Origin: Gemmatimonadales bacterium
GTDB lineage: Bacteria; Gemmatimonadota; Gemmatimonadetes; Gemmatimonadales; GWC2-71-9
Length of the DNA: 47,203 nucleotides
Direction of reading: 5' to 3'
Assembly: GCA_013813435.1 (NCBI GenBank)
Contig: JACCRS010000216.1
Coordinates: 1 to 47,203 of the forward strand
The notes beneath the pieces are model-generated. The model worked only from the letters and a program-made list of their open reading frames with translations. It had not been told where the DNA came from and ran no database searches. A program made the position numbers and the translations under genes. This document shows, piece after piece, positions 27,187 through 37,185 of this stretch. Within the stretch, counting starts at the first letter, position 1; the number at the start of each line of letters is the position of its first letter.

Positions 27187-28548
27187 GTGCTGATAGTAAA
27201 CATGGTTGTTCCCGCGTTGCTTCTGACGGCTCCAGCCCCGAGGCCACCGGATTCGGTAGTCGCATTCGTGGACGTGACCGTGATCCCCATGGATCGTGAC
27301 CGAATGCTTCCGGCGCAGACCGTGGTGGTGCAGGGCGACCGCATCTCGGCTATCGGGCCGCGAGGCCAGGTCAAGCTGCCGCGTGGTAGCCGGAAGGTGG
27401 ACGGGCGTGGCAAGTTCCTGATCCCCGGCCTGGCGGAGATGCATGCGCACATACCTGGCGGCGAGGTTGCGGACAGCTTGGTGGAGCGCACCCTCTTCAT
27501 GTATGTCGCACGGGGAATAACCACGATTCGGGGGATGCTTGGCCATCCGAAGCACCTCGACCTTCGCGCTCGCGTAGGCCGGGGCGAGCTGCTCAGCCCG
27601 ACAATCTACACCTCAGGACCTTCTCTCAATGGCAACAGCGTTCCCACTCCAGGCGCCGCCGCCCGGGCAGTCACCGAGCAGAAGGCTGCTGGATACGACT
27701 TCCTCAAAATTCATCCGGGCATCGACGGTGAGGTGTTCGATACTCTGGCTGTAACGGCTCAGCGTTTAGGAATCCGATTCGCCGGTCACGTACCGCTTGC
27801 GGTGGGCCTGGAGCGGGCATTGGAAACCGGGTACACCACGATCGATCACCTCGACGGTTATATCGAAGCAATGGTGCGTCAGGGCGCCTCGTCTGCCAGT
27901 CAGTCGGAATTCTTCGGGCTGAACCTCGGGCCGCATCTGGACCCGTCAAGGCTGCCCGCACTGGTGCAGGCCACCAAGGAAGCTCGGGTCTGGAACGTTC
28001 CCACCCAGGTGCTTATGGAGAATCTGGTGCCGGAGACGAGCGTAGAAGCCCTCGAACAGCGGCCCGAGATGCGCTACGTCTCACGGGAAACGAAGTCCGA
28101 GTGGGCCAAGACCAAGAGCTCGATGCTGGCTGAAACCGGCTCGACGCCGGAGTCGGCTCGCCGGGTGATGGATGTGCGCCGGAAACTTATTAAGGCGTTG
28201 AACGCCGCAGGTGCCGGCCTGTTGCTTGGATCAGACGCCCCACAGATCTACAACGTGCCGGGTTTCTCGACTCACCGGGAGCTGGAATCGCTGGTGGCTG
28301 CCGGCCTGACCCCATACCAGGCCTTGGAGACCGGAACCCGCAACATTGCCGTCTTTTTCAGGACGCAGCAGAGGACCGGTACCATCGAGGTCGGCAAGCG
28401 GGCAGACCTGGTCCTCCTCGATGCGAATCCTCTTGCCGCTGTGAAAAACACGGCCAGTCAATCCGGCGTCATGCTGCGGGGCAGGTGGCTACCCAAGTCG
28501 GAGATCGATACACGACTGGCGGCGATAGCGAAGTCAGTAGGGAACTGA
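27187..28548 (+). CDS. Metal-dependent amidohydrolase, secreted
   Basis: PGLAEMHAH, FLKIH, GHVP, DHLD, GSDAP, GKRADLVLL. Confidence 0.9.
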   Translation: MLIVNMVVPALLLTAPAPRPPDSVVAFVDVTVIPMDRDRMLPAQTVVVQGDRISAIGPRGQVKLPRGSRKVDGRGKFLIPGLAEMHAHIPGGEVADSLVERTLFMYVARGITTIRGMLGHPKHLDLRARVGRGELLSPTIYTSGPSLNGNSVPTPGAAARAVTEQKAAGYDFLKIHPGIDGEVFDTLAVTAQRLGIRFAGHVPLAVGLERALETGYTTIDHLDGYIEAMVRQGASSASQSEFFGLNLGPHLDPSRLPALVQATKEARVWNVPTQVLMENLVPETSVEALEQRPEMRYVSRETKSEWAKTKSSMLAETGSTPESARRVMDVRRKLIKALNAAGAGLLLGSDAPQIYNVPGFSTHRELESLVAAGLTPYQALETGTRNIAVFFRTQQRTGTIEVGKRADLVLLDANPLAAVKNTASQSGVMLRGRWLPKSEIDTRLAAIAKSVGN

Positions 28549-28574
28549 GGGGAGGAAGTCTAGGGTCTCGACCT

Positions 28575-29699
28575 CTATCGCGCCGCGTTGATCGTCCGGA
28601 TCAGCTCATCGTTGGTAGGCTGTCTCTTGAGGTCGGTTAGCAGATCGTTCATGGCGTTGATCGGGGTCATACCGGCAATCCTCTGTCTGAGGACATGAGA
28701 TGCCGCCAGTGCCTCCTCTGACAGCAGCAGCTCCTCACGACGGGTAGCGCTGGCTAACAGATCGATGGCCGGAAAGATCCGCCGCTCGGCCAGCTCCCGG
28801 CTCAGCACCAGCTCGCTGTTTCCGGTCCCCTTGAACTCCTCGAAGATCACCTGATCCATCTTGCTGCCGGTGTCCACCAGAGCGGTGGCAATGATGGTGA
28901 GGGACCCGCCGCTCTGGGATGGGTCTATCCTCCGGGCACTGCCCAGAAAGCGCTTGGGTTTCTCCAGCGACTGCGCATCCAGCCCACCCGACAGTGTACG
29001 GCCGGTACCCTTCTCGACGGTGTTATAGGCCCGGGCCAGCCGGGTTAGGGAATCGACGATCAGCACCACGTCATCTCCCATTTCGACCCGGCGGCGGGCG
29101 CGTTCCAGCGTCAACTCGGCCAGGGCGACGTGTTGTTGCGCCGGGTTGTCGAAGCTGGAGGCAATGACTTCTCCAACTCCCGCGGCCTCCATCTCGAAAA
29201 CCTCTTCGGGACGCTCATCCACCAGCAGGATGAACAAATCGGCGCCCGGATAGTTGGCGCTCACACCCTGGGCGATGGACTGCAATACCATGGTCTTACC
29301 CGCTTTGGCCGGGGCGACGATGAGCGCCCGCTGGCCCTTGCCCATGGGGCAAAGCAGGTCGATGACGCGGTTGGTATGGTCCGATTGCCCGGCTGGCCTG
29401 CCGGTGGCCTCGAGCCGCAGCTGCTCGTTTGGATGTACCGCGCCCAGCCGGCTGAATTCGGGCCGCTGACGCAGGACTTCGGGTGATTTCCCCAGGACGG
29501 TTGTAATCGTCTCCAGCGAGGCGCTCTTACCTCTGCCCCCCTGCCGAATCGAACCGGCAATCTCATCGCCGGTCCGGAGGCCGAACTGCCGGATGAGCCT
29601 CTCCCCTACATGGACATCGCCGTGTGAGGGCAGGTAGCTCGCGTCCCGCCGGCGGAGAAAACCACTTCCCCGGCCCGCGACTTCGAGAACGCCGAGCAT
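28575..29699 (-). CDS. rho: Transcription termination factor Rho homolog, N-terminally shortened
   Basis: GFLR OB-fold, GKGQR, APAKAGKT, DERPEEV, DSLTRLARAYN, LSGG, FEEFKGTGNSE, TRREELL; ATG 29699 overlaps the sufE stop (TGATG). Confidence 0.92.
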   Translation of the reverse strand: MLGVLEVAGRGSGFLRRRDASYLPSHGDVHVGERLIRQFGLRTGDEIAGSIRQGGRGKSASLETITTVLGKSPEVLRQRPEFSRLGAVHPNEQLRLEATGRPAGQSDHTNRVIDLLCPMGKGQRALIVAPAKAGKTMVLQSIAQGVSANYPGADLFILLVDERPEEVFEMEAAGVGEVIASSFDNPAQQHVALAELTLERARRRVEMGDDVVLIVDSLTRLARAYNTVEKGTGRTLSGGLDAQSLEKPKRFLGSARRIDPSQSGGSLTIIATALVDTGSKMDQVIFEEFKGTGNSELVLSRELAERRIFPAIDLLASATRREELLLSEEALAASHVLRQRIAGMTPINAMNDLLTDLKRQPTNDELIRTINAAR

Positions 29700-30118
29700 C
29701 AATTGGCCGCCGTTGCCACAGAGCGTTTTATGCGTTGCAGAATGGCCGTGAGCCCCTGGGTTCGAGTCATCCCGAGCGTTTCACTGAGACCGAGCTGGTC
29801 CAGCAGGTCGTTTGGAATACGAGCCACGGCGGCGGGCGTTTCACCTTCCAGGCTCCGGGCGAGTAGTGATATGAATCCTCGAACTGTGGGCGACTCCCTC
29901 GGTACATCAGCGTGAATGTGGACCTGGCCATCGTCTACCTCGACCCAGAGAAAAACCGGAGTCTGGCACTCGTGGACCCGACTATGTCCTAACTGCTTCT
30001 CAGCTTCGTAGCGCTCAGGCAGCGGTGGGAGCTTCTTGGAATAGTCCAGGAGTGTCTCGAGCCGGGTGGTGCGGTCGGCCGCCTTAAATCGGGGGATCAA
30101 TGCTTCCAGTGATGGCAT
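29699..30118 (-). CDS. sufE: SufE-family sulfur acceptor protein
   Basis: LLDYSKKLPPLP, VHECQTPVFL (persulfide Cys), SPTVRGF, LGL..TLGMTR..G. Confidence 0.9.
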   Translation of the reverse strand: MPSLEALIPRFKAADRTTRLETLLDYSKKLPPLPERYEAEKQLGHSRVHECQTPVFLWVEVDDGQVHIHADVPRESPTVRGFISLLARSLEGETPAAVARIPNDLLDQLGLSETLGMTRTQGLTAILQRIKRSVATAAN

Positions 30119-30237
30119 GGCTCGACCCCCAAGCCCACGGGCCTGGAACGAAGGTGGCTCAGAAGGAGTCCGAAGGCCCTGCCTCCCCAGTACTCCTGCC
30201 CCTGGGGGGTTATAAATCTGGGAATCCCGAGTGTGAT

Positions 30238-30263
30238 GGAACTTACGTCACTCGGCGGGCGTT
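30238..30263 (+). promoter_or_regulatory. Putative ECF sigma promoter GGAAC-N17-CGTT upstream of egtB
   Basis: ggaac ttacgtcactcggcggg cgtt, ending 28 nt before ATG 30292; SD AGGGAG. Confidence 0.5.
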
Positions 30264-30291
30264 TTACCCATTGTATACGCAGGGAGATTCC

Positions 30292-31623
30292 ATGACAACT
30301 ATCGCTGCCACCCGCCGGGTCGACCCCGAAGTCATAGCCGAGCATCTCGCCGAGGCGCGGGCTCGCACTCTCCTCCTAATTGCGCCTCTTACGGACCAGG
30401 AGCTCCGTGCCCAGCACGATCCCTTGATGAGCCCTATCCTATGGGATCTGGGTCACATCGCCCACTTTGAGGAGCTTTGGCTCACTCAAAATCTCGAGGG
30501 CCCGGTCGAGTTCGTGGAGATGCCGGGTCTCTACAATCCCTTCGAGCACCCTCGAAATGAACGGGGGGCACTCCGGCTGCCCAATATAGCCGAGTGCCGG
30601 GAGATCATGGATCAGATCCGGGACAAGGTGCTGGCGCGGCTGGCTGACAATGACTGGGATGCCTCTAATGCCCTTTTGCGGGAGGGTTACGTATATCGCA
30701 TGGTGCTCCAGCACGAATACCAGCACAATGAGACCATGCTGCAAACCCTTCAACTGAAACAGGGTCGGCCATACTCGCCTGCGGCACGGTTCGACTTCCT
30801 CGATGGGCGGTTGGGGGCGGGCAGCTCTGTACCCAAGCACGACATGGTGCGGTTTCCCGGTGGGCCCGTGGATATAGGGACGGATGATCGTTCGGAGGCC
30901 TATGACAATGAACGGAGCCGTCACACACTCGTGCTGCCACCTTTCTGGATCGACCGTAATCCGGTAACGAACGGCGATTTCGCGGGCTTCGTGGCGGCCC
31001 TGGGCTATTCTACCCGGGAATTTTGGTCGGATGCGGGATGGGAATGGGTTACCAGGGCCGGTGCGCGGGCGCCGCTTTACTGGAGTTGGGAAGACGGTGG
31101 CTGGCAAACCCGCTCGATGGACCAGGCCGGTCCGCTCCAGCCCTCCAACCCGGTATGTCACGTCTCCTACTATGAGGCGGAAGCGTTCGCGCGCTTTGCC
31201 GGTAAACGCCTCCCTACCGAGTTCGAGTGGGAAGCTGCCGCTTCGTGGGACGTGTCGTCGCGCACAAAGCTCCGCTATCCGTGGGGTGAGCAGACACCAT
31301 CGAAGGATCTGGCGAATGTAGATCAACTGTCGTTTGGAACCAGGCCGGTGGGAAGTTACCCGCTAAATGTCTCTCCCCTCGGGTGCTACGGCATGATCGG
31401 CGATGTGTGGGAGTGGACGTCCAGTGATTTCCGGCCTTACCCCAACTTTCAAAGCTTTCCCTACGCGGAATACTCTGAGGCCTTCTTCGGAACGGAGTAC
31501 AAGGTGCTCCGGGGCGGGTCTTGGGCCACCCGGCCAGGGGCCATCCGCAACACTTTCCGCAACTGGGACTACCCTATCCGCCGCCAGATCTTCAGCGGCT
31601 TCCGGTGTGCCCGAGATGAGTGA
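30292..31623 (+). CDS. egtB: Ergothioneine sulfoxide synthase EgtB (DinB + FGE-like; gamma-glutamylcysteine-using type)
   Basis: MSPILWDLGHIAHFEELW, HPRNER, QHEYQHNETML (Fe ligands), RLPTEFEWE, PYAEYSEAFF, RNWDYPIRRQIFSGFR. Confidence 0.92.
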   Translation: MTTIAATRRVDPEVIAEHLAEARARTLLLIAPLTDQELRAQHDPLMSPILWDLGHIAHFEELWLTQNLEGPVEFVEMPGLYNPFEHPRNERGALRLPNIAECREIMDQIRDKVLARLADNDWDASNALLREGYVYRMVLQHEYQHNETMLQTLQLKQGRPYSPAARFDFLDGRLGAGSSVPKHDMVRFPGGPVDIGTDDRSEAYDNERSRHTLVLPPFWIDRNPVTNGDFAGFVAALGYSTREFWSDAGWEWVTRAGARAPLYWSWEDGGWQTRSMDQAGPLQPSNPVCHVSYYEAEAFARFAGKRLPTEFEWEAAASWDVSSRTKLRYPWGEQTPSKDLANVDQLSFGTRPVGSYPLNVSPLGCYGMIGDVWEWTSSDFRPYPNFQSFPYAEYSEAFFGTEYKVLRGGSWATRPGAIRNTFRNWDYPIRRQIFSGFRCARDE

Positions 31624-32626
31624 GTCTTCCATTAACCGGTGGTCCCGGGCAGGAAGCCCCGACCGGAATGAGGTGGCGTCGCGGGCCTACAAGCACCCCA
31701 ATCCGCGCATGCTCTTTGAGGTGGCCGCCGGGTTGTCTGCGCCGCGCAAGGAGCTGCCGCCGAAATACTTTTACGATCATCGCGGCTCCGAGCTTTTCGA
31801 GGAGATCACCCGGCTGCCGGAGTACTATCAGACCCGGACCGAACGGGCGATCCTCGAAGCCTGGATGCCGGAGCTCATTCCTGAGCTGGGGACCCGGGCT
31901 CTTGTCGAGCTCGGCGCCGGGAGCGCCGAGAAGAGCCGGATCATCATTACTGCCATGCGCGCTGCGGGAACGGCCGATCTCTACGTTCCCATCGATGTCA
32001 GCGCCAGCTTCCTCGACCAGACTGCGGCTCAGTTACGGCGGGATTATCCCGGGCTGACCATCGAGCCGGCCGTAGCTGACATAGCCGAGGGATTCGAGCG
32101 GCCCCGGGGACTCCCCCACCCGGCCATGTACGCGTTCCTCGGTGGGACCATCGGCAACTTCTACCCCCCGGCGGCGATCCGGCTCCTGAGCCGCGTGCGG
32201 GCCGCCATGACTTCGGAAGACCGGCTCCTCCTGGGCGTGGATCTTAGAAAAGATGCCGGCCGGATCGAACGGGCCTACAACGATTCTCAGGGAGTGACCG
32301 CGGCGTTCAACCGAAACATGCTTCTGGTAGTGAACCACGAACTGGGGGCGAACTTCGATGCGGCCGCCTTCGAGCATCGGGCCTTCTATGAGCCGATCAA
32401 CCATAGAATCGAAATGCATCTCGTATCCACCTTCGAGCATGAGGTCAGAATTCCCGGGATCGGCCTGGTCCCCTTTGCCGCGGGAGAATCGATACTGACC
32501 GAGATCAGTTGTAAGCATGACCGTGACAGTGTCGCCGAGCTGTTCGAGTCGGCCGGGCTCCATATCCAGATCTGGAGACCCGATCCGCAGGGGCTATTCG
32601 CCCTGGTTGTGGGGGCGGTCGCGTGA
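31616..32626 (+). CDS. egtD: L-histidine N-alpha-methyltransferase EgtD
   Basis: KELPPKYFYD..GSELFEEIT.LPEYY.TRTE, ELGAGSAEK, FLGGTIGN, AYND.QGVTAAFN, RIEMHL, TEISCK. Confidence 0.95.
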   Translation: MSESSINRWSRAGSPDRNEVASRAYKHPNPRMLFEVAAGLSAPRKELPPKYFYDHRGSELFEEITRLPEYYQTRTERAILEAWMPELIPELGTRALVELGAGSAEKSRIIITAMRAAGTADLYVPIDVSASFLDQTAAQLRRDYPGLTIEPAVADIAEGFERPRGLPHPAMYAFLGGTIGNFYPPAAIRLLSRVRAAMTSEDRLLLGVDLRKDAGRIERAYNDSQGVTAAFNRNMLLVVNHELGANFDAAAFEHRAFYEPINHRIEMHLVSTFEHEVRIPGIGLVPFAAGESILTEISCKHDRDSVAELFESAGLHIQIWRPDPQGLFALVVGAVA

Positions 32627-33879
32627 CCACTCTGACGCCGGCAGTGCTGGAAACCGATCTGGCTGCGCGGGTTTTTGCCGGACCGATCTCCGGGTCACTG
32701 ACTCCTCGCCGCCTGGGCGCGGAGGTCGAGTTCATTCCGGTGGAATCACTCACCGGCCGGAGGTGCGGCATCGAGTCGGAGGGAGTTCCCGGCATCCTGC
32801 CGTTTCTCCGGCGCTATGGTGGCATGCAGGGCTGGGGAGAGAGCCGTACCTCCAAAGGAACTCCCTGCTTTACCCTCCCCGCCGGCGGTACGGTGACGTT
32901 CGAGCCAGGCGGCCAGGTTGAGTACAGCTCGCCGCCTTGTCGCTCGGCCAGTGCGCTCCTGCGGCTCTTGCGATCGGTGGTTTTCCCCCTGCGCGCCGCT
33001 GCCTCCGGAGAAGGCATCGACCTCTTGGCAGTAGGAATAGACCCCTTCAACTCGGCGGAAGCGGCACCGCTGCTGATTCACGCGAAGCGTTATCAGCGAA
33101 TGGCGGAGTACCTTTCGCGCTTGGGGCCTGCGGGAGCCCAAATGATGCGGCAGACCGCGGCGTTTCAGGTGAGCGTCGACTTCGATGATGAGCCATGGCT
33201 CCGCTGGCGGGTGCTCAATGCGGCCGCTCCTTTCGTGGTGGCGATCTTCGCAAACTCTCCGATCTATGCCGGCGAGCGAACCGGACATCAGAGCGCCAGG
33301 GCCGATGTCTGGCGCAAGCTCGATCCGCTGCGCACCGGTATCCCCTACGAGGAGCGGGCGCCGATTCAGGCGTATCTCCAGTTTGCCTTGGGAGCGCCGG
33401 CCATTCTGTTTCCCACCCTCGATGGTGAGCACCGGCCGTTTGGCGAGTGGTTGACGCGCGCCAATCCGAGCGCGGAGGAATGGCAGGACCATCTCAGCAC
33501 ACTCTTCCCTGAAGTGCGCCCCCGCGGGCACCTCGAGCTCAGATCGGCCGATGCCGTGGCCCCCGAGTGGTATGCCGCGCCGCTGGCCCTGGCCGCGGGG
33601 ATCTTGTACGACTCGAGGGCTCTTCGTGCCGCGGCCGACTTGCTGCCGCTGCCCGATCGGGGACTTCTCGAGCGCGCCGGACGGCTGGGACTTCACGATC
33701 CCGCCATCGCACGAACGGCCGCTGATCTCTTTGAGCTCGCGCTTTCCGGATGCGCCGGGCTCGGTCCCCGCTATTTCCACCCATCCGACCTGGAACAGGC
33801 CCGGGCCTATTTCGATCATTACACCAGGCGTTCGCGCGCTCCCGCCGACGATATACTGCAGGACGCCCTTGCAGCATAG
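32623..33879 (+). CDS. egtA: Glutamate-cysteine ligase EgtA (GCS2 family)
   Basis: [55 protein letters not shown]; coupled to egtD. Confidence 0.9.
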   Translation: MTTLTPAVLETDLAARVFAGPISGSLTPRRLGAEVEFIPVESLTGRRCGIESEGVPGILPFLRRYGGMQGWGESRTSKGTPCFTLPAGGTVTFEPGGQVEYSSPPCRSASALLRLLRSVVFPLRAAASGEGIDLLAVGIDPFNSAEAAPLLIHAKRYQRMAEYLSRLGPAGAQMMRQTAAFQVSVDFDDEPWLRWRVLNAAAPFVVAIFANSPIYAGERTGHQSARADVWRKLDPLRTGIPYEERAPIQAYLQFALGAPAILFPTLDGEHRPFGEWLTRANPSAEEWQDHLSTLFPEVRPRGHLELRSADAVAPEWYAAPLALAAGILYDSRALRAAADLLPLPDRGLLERAGRLGLHDPAIARTAADLFELALSGCAGLGPRYFHPSDLEQARAYFDHYTRRSRAPADDILQDALAA

Positions 33880-33887
33880 GTAGCCTC

Positions 33888-34856
33888 GTGCAAGCCATCC
33901 GAGTTCACCAGACCGGAGGTCCCGAGGTTCTGCGTTACGAAAAGGTCGAGCAACCGGTACCCGGGCCGGGCGACGCTTTGGTTCAGGTTCAAGCCGCCGG
34001 CCTCAACTTTATCGAGGTTTACCAGCGAACCGGCCTCTACAAGGTTGCACTCCCGTTTACGCCGGGGTCTGAGGCGGCGGGAACGGTCGTCCAAATCGGC
34101 TCGGCCGTCTCCGAGGTGAAGGTGGGCGATCGAGTTACCTCACCGAGCTTCACCGGCTCCTACGCGGAGTTCTCCCTCGCCCCGGCAGAGAGGCTCCTGG
34201 TGCTGCCGGCTGGAGTGGCCACTCGGCTGGCCGCTGCGGCGCTGCTCCAGGGCTTGACCGCCCACTACCTGGCGTGTTCGACCTTCCCGCTCGACTCCAC
34301 ACACACCTGTCTGGTGCATGCCGCGGCCGGGGGAGTGGGTCTGTTGCTGTGCCAGATTGCGCATCTGCGGGGAGCTCGGGTCATTGGGACGGTATCTACC
34401 GAAGAGAAAGCTGCTCTGGCGCGCCAGGCCGGGGCTGACGAGGTCATTCTCTATACCCGGCAGGATTTCGCGGCCGAGACGAGACGCTTGACTGGGAATG
34501 CCGGCGTGCATGTGGTGTACGACTCGGTGGGCCGGACCACATTTGCCAAGAGCATCGACTGCCTCGCTCCCCGGGGCATGCTGGTGCTGTACGGCCAGTC
34601 CAGCGGGCCGGTGGGGCCGGTTGATCCCCAGATCCTCAGCGCGAAAGGGTCCCTGTTTCTCACCCGCCCTGCGCTGGGCCACTATGTGGCCAGCCGGGCC
34701 GACCTCCTGGCGCGGGCGTCCGCCGTGCTCGGATGGATGTCGGATGGGTCACTAAAGGTGCGCGTGGCGCGCGAGTTTCATCTATCCGCCGCCGCAGACG
34801 CACACACCGAGCTCGAAGCGCGCCGCACGGCGGGTAAGGTGCTGCTCATCCCTTGA
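33888..34856 (+). CDS. qor: NADPH:quinone oxidoreductase (zeta-crystallin-like MDR)
   Basis: [61 protein letters not shown]. Confidence 0.92.
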   Translation: MQAIRVHQTGGPEVLRYEKVEQPVPGPGDALVQVQAAGLNFIEVYQRTGLYKVALPFTPGSEAAGTVVQIGSAVSEVKVGDRVTSPSFTGSYAEFSLAPAERLLVLPAGVATRLAAAALLQGLTAHYLACSTFPLDSTHTCLVHAAAGGVGLLLCQIAHLRGARVIGTVSTEEKAALARQAGADEVILYTRQDFAAETRRLTGNAGVHVVYDSVGRTTFAKSIDCLAPRGMLVLYGQSSGPVGPVDPQILSAKGSLFLTRPALGHYVASRADLLARASAVLGWMSDGSLKVRVAREFHLSAAADAHTELEARRTAGKVLLIP

Positions 34857-35719
34857 CCAGGCCGCTCCCACCGGTGGTCTCCACTGCATGGCTGGCCGCA
34901 AAGCTGGGCCATCCAGGACTGCGCGTGATCGACGCATCCTGGTACCTGCCCGGCAGCGGACGTGATCCGGCCGCCGAATATGCCGCAGGTCACATTCCGG
35001 GCGCAGTCTTTTTCGATGTAGACGCCAGCAGCGATGCCAGATCACCACTGCCGCACATGCTCCCGGCAGCAGCCGAGTTCGCGGATCGAATGGCCGCTCT
35101 CGGGCTCAACGACACGGATCAGTTGGTGGTGTATGATGGGTCGGGCGTGAACCTCAGTGCGCCCAGGGTATGGTGGACAATGCGCACGTTCGGACACGAC
35201 CAGGTTGCGGTGCTGGACGGCGGAATGGGCATGTGGCGCCGCGAGCGCCGTTCGCTGGAGGAGGGGGGTATCACACTCCCGGCAGGCCACTTCACCGCAC
35301 GCCTGGACAGCTCCGCTGTCCGGGATCTCGCCGCGGTACGCGCAAACATTCGGACCCAGGCGGAGCAGCTGGTCGATGTGCGATCCCGCCAGCGATTCGC
35401 CGGAATAGAACCGGAGCCCCGCCCCGGCCTCAGAAGCGGTCACGTTCCGGGCAGTATCAATCTGCCGTTCACTGAGCTGGTGCATCCGGATGGCTCGATG
35501 CTGCCACTGGGTGAGCTGCGACAACGCCTGGCAGGTTCAGGGATCGACTTCGCACGACCGGTGATCGCGACGTGTGGCTCGGGCACCAGTGCCTGCGCCT
35601 TGACTCTCGGTCTGCACCGGCTGGGGCACACCCAAACTGCCGTGTACGATGGCGCCTGGGCGGAATGGGGTGGACGCGCGGACACGCCAGTCGATTCCCA
35701 ACCAATTTCCCAGCGCTGA
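34853..35719 (+). CDS. sseA: 3-mercaptopyruvate sulfurtransferase (tandem rhodanese)
   Basis: [34 protein letters not shown], active loop [16 protein letters not shown]. Confidence 0.93.
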   Translation: MTRPLPPVVSTAWLAAKLGHPGLRVIDASWYLPGSGRDPAAEYAAGHIPGAVFFDVDASSDARSPLPHMLPAAAEFADRMAALGLNDTDQLVVYDGSGVNLSAPRVWWTMRTFGHDQVAVLDGGMGMWRRERRSLEEGGITLPAGHFTARLDSSAVRDLAAVRANIRTQAEQLVDVRSRQRFAGIEPEPRPGLRSGHVPGSINLPFTELVHPDGSMLPLGELRQRLAGSGIDFARPVIATCGSGTSACALTLGLHRLGHTQTAVYDGAWAEWGGRADTPVDSQPISQR

Positions 35720-35727
35720 ACCTTCTC

Positions 35728-37185
35728 GTGGCATCCGGCCGAGCTTCACGCAAGAACGTCGATCTGGGTGTTGGCTGCGTCGTCCTTTTCCTGATTCCCT
35801 TTGCGGCCATCGGGGCGTTCATGGCCGTGATAGCCGTCCAGCGGGCTGCCGCCAGGAACTGGTCCGACGCGCTCTTCCTCGCTCTCGTCGCGATCACGTT
35901 CGGTGGCGTAGGACTTGGCGGGATAGCCGCCGTTCTCGCAGGCCGGCGCAGGCTGAAGGAACAGGCGGCGCTCGAAGCCAGCCAACCGGATTCACCCTGG
36001 CTGTGGCGGCCCGACTGGGCCTCAGGACGGATCCTCGATGCCAGCCGGGTAACCATGTTCGCGGCTTGGATTTTCGCTGCGCTGTGGAATCTGATCAGCT
36101 TTCCGGCCGGCTTTCTTGGAGTGCGTGCGGCGATTGAGGAAAACAAGCCCGCCGCTCTTCTCGCCCTGCTCTTCCCCCTGGTGGGCCTGGGATTGCTGGT
36201 CTGGGCCGTGCGCTCGACCTTGCGATACCGCAGGTACGGCGCGTCACGGCTCGAGCTTTCCAGCGTTCCCTGCGTCATTGGCCGCACCATGGTTGGGATG
36301 GTGCGCGCCCCCGCCCGCATGCAGCCCGACGATGGATTTCAAGTCACGCTCAGCTGTGTACGGCTGGTGACGACGGGAGGGGGAGAGGACCGGCCGACCT
36401 CGGAGCGCATCCTATGGCAGGAGGAGCAGCGGGTCGTGGGGGAGCCGAGCCGCACCGCCACGGCAATGGAAACACACATCTCCGTGGCCTTTCGGCTCCC
36501 GGCTGATGCTGAACCGTGCGACGATAGCGATCCGGACAGCCGGGTTGTCTGGCGGCTTCACCTCACGGGAAGTATGCCCGGTGTCGACTACCAGTCGCAT
36601 TTCGAGGTCCCGGTGTTCCGGACCCCGGCAAGCGATCAGCCGCTGTCAGCGGACGAGAAGAGGATCACTCAGGCAGCACACACTGACGCAGACTATCAGC
36701 AGCCGCTCGACTCGCGCATCGTGGTCACTTCAAACACCCGCGGCACGGAGATCCTGTTTCCCGCTGCCCGGAATCCGGGTGCCGCAACCAGCCTGACACT
36801 ATTCCTTCTCTTGTGGCTCGGGTGCATCGCGCTCCAGATGTATTTCCATGCACCTCTCCTGTTTCCAATCGTCACCGGGCTCTTTGGTGTGCTGATTCTG
36901 ACTGGAGTGCTCGACTTGTGGCTTGAAGTATCGCGGGTGAGCGTGGACGCGGGGACTCTCACGTGGGCGATGGGATTGATCTTTCCGGCGGGTGAGCACA
37001 CGGTCGGCGCCTCCGAGATTGCGGGCGTCACCGCTTCGATCGGCATGCAGGCGGGAACTACACCGTACTACGATGTTGAAATCGTTCGGCAGAACGGCAA
37101 GAAGATCAAGGTGGGTCGCTCGGTGCGAAACAAGCAGGAGGCCGAGTGGCTGGCGAGGAAGATCAGGGAAGCTATCAGCGCTTAG
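35728..37185 (+). CDS. Hypothetical multi-pass membrane protein
   Basis: Three pairs of TM segments around a soluble beta-rich domain; start (GTG 35728) uncertain. Confidence 0.75.
   Translation: MASGRASRKNVDLGVGCVVLFLIPFAAIGAFMAVIAVQRAAARNWSDALFLALVAITFGGVGLGGIAAVLAGRRRLKEQAALEASQPDSPWLWRPDWASGRILDASRVTMFAAWIFAALWNLISFPAGFLGVRAAIEENKPAALLALLFPLVGLGLLVWAVRSTLRYRRYGASRLELSSVPCVIGRTMVGMVRAPARMQPDDGFQVTLSCVRLVTTGGGEDRPTSERILWQEEQRVVGEPSRTATAMETHISVAFRLPADAEPCDDSDPDSRVVWRLHLTGSMPGVDYQSHFEVPVFRTPASDQPLSADEKRITQAAHTDADYQQPLDSRIVVTSNTRGTEILFPAARNPGAATSLTLFLLLWLGCIALQMYFHAPLLFPIVTGLFGVLILTGVLDLWLEVSRVSVDAGTLTWAMGLIFPAGEHTVGASEIAGVTASIGMQAGTTPYYDVEIVRQNGKKIKVGRSVRNKQEAEWLARKIREAISA

Noticed and set aside
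30100-30291. Extended egtB start (and the extended egtD start at 31403)
   Set aside because: They overlap sufE and egtB respectively; the SD-linked and overlapping starts are 30292 and 31616
30292-31623. EgtB homolog as selenoneine synthase SenA or ovothiol synthase OvoA
   Set aside because: No SenB or SelD/SenC neighbours and no fused C-terminal methyltransferase; egtA and egtD are coupled to it
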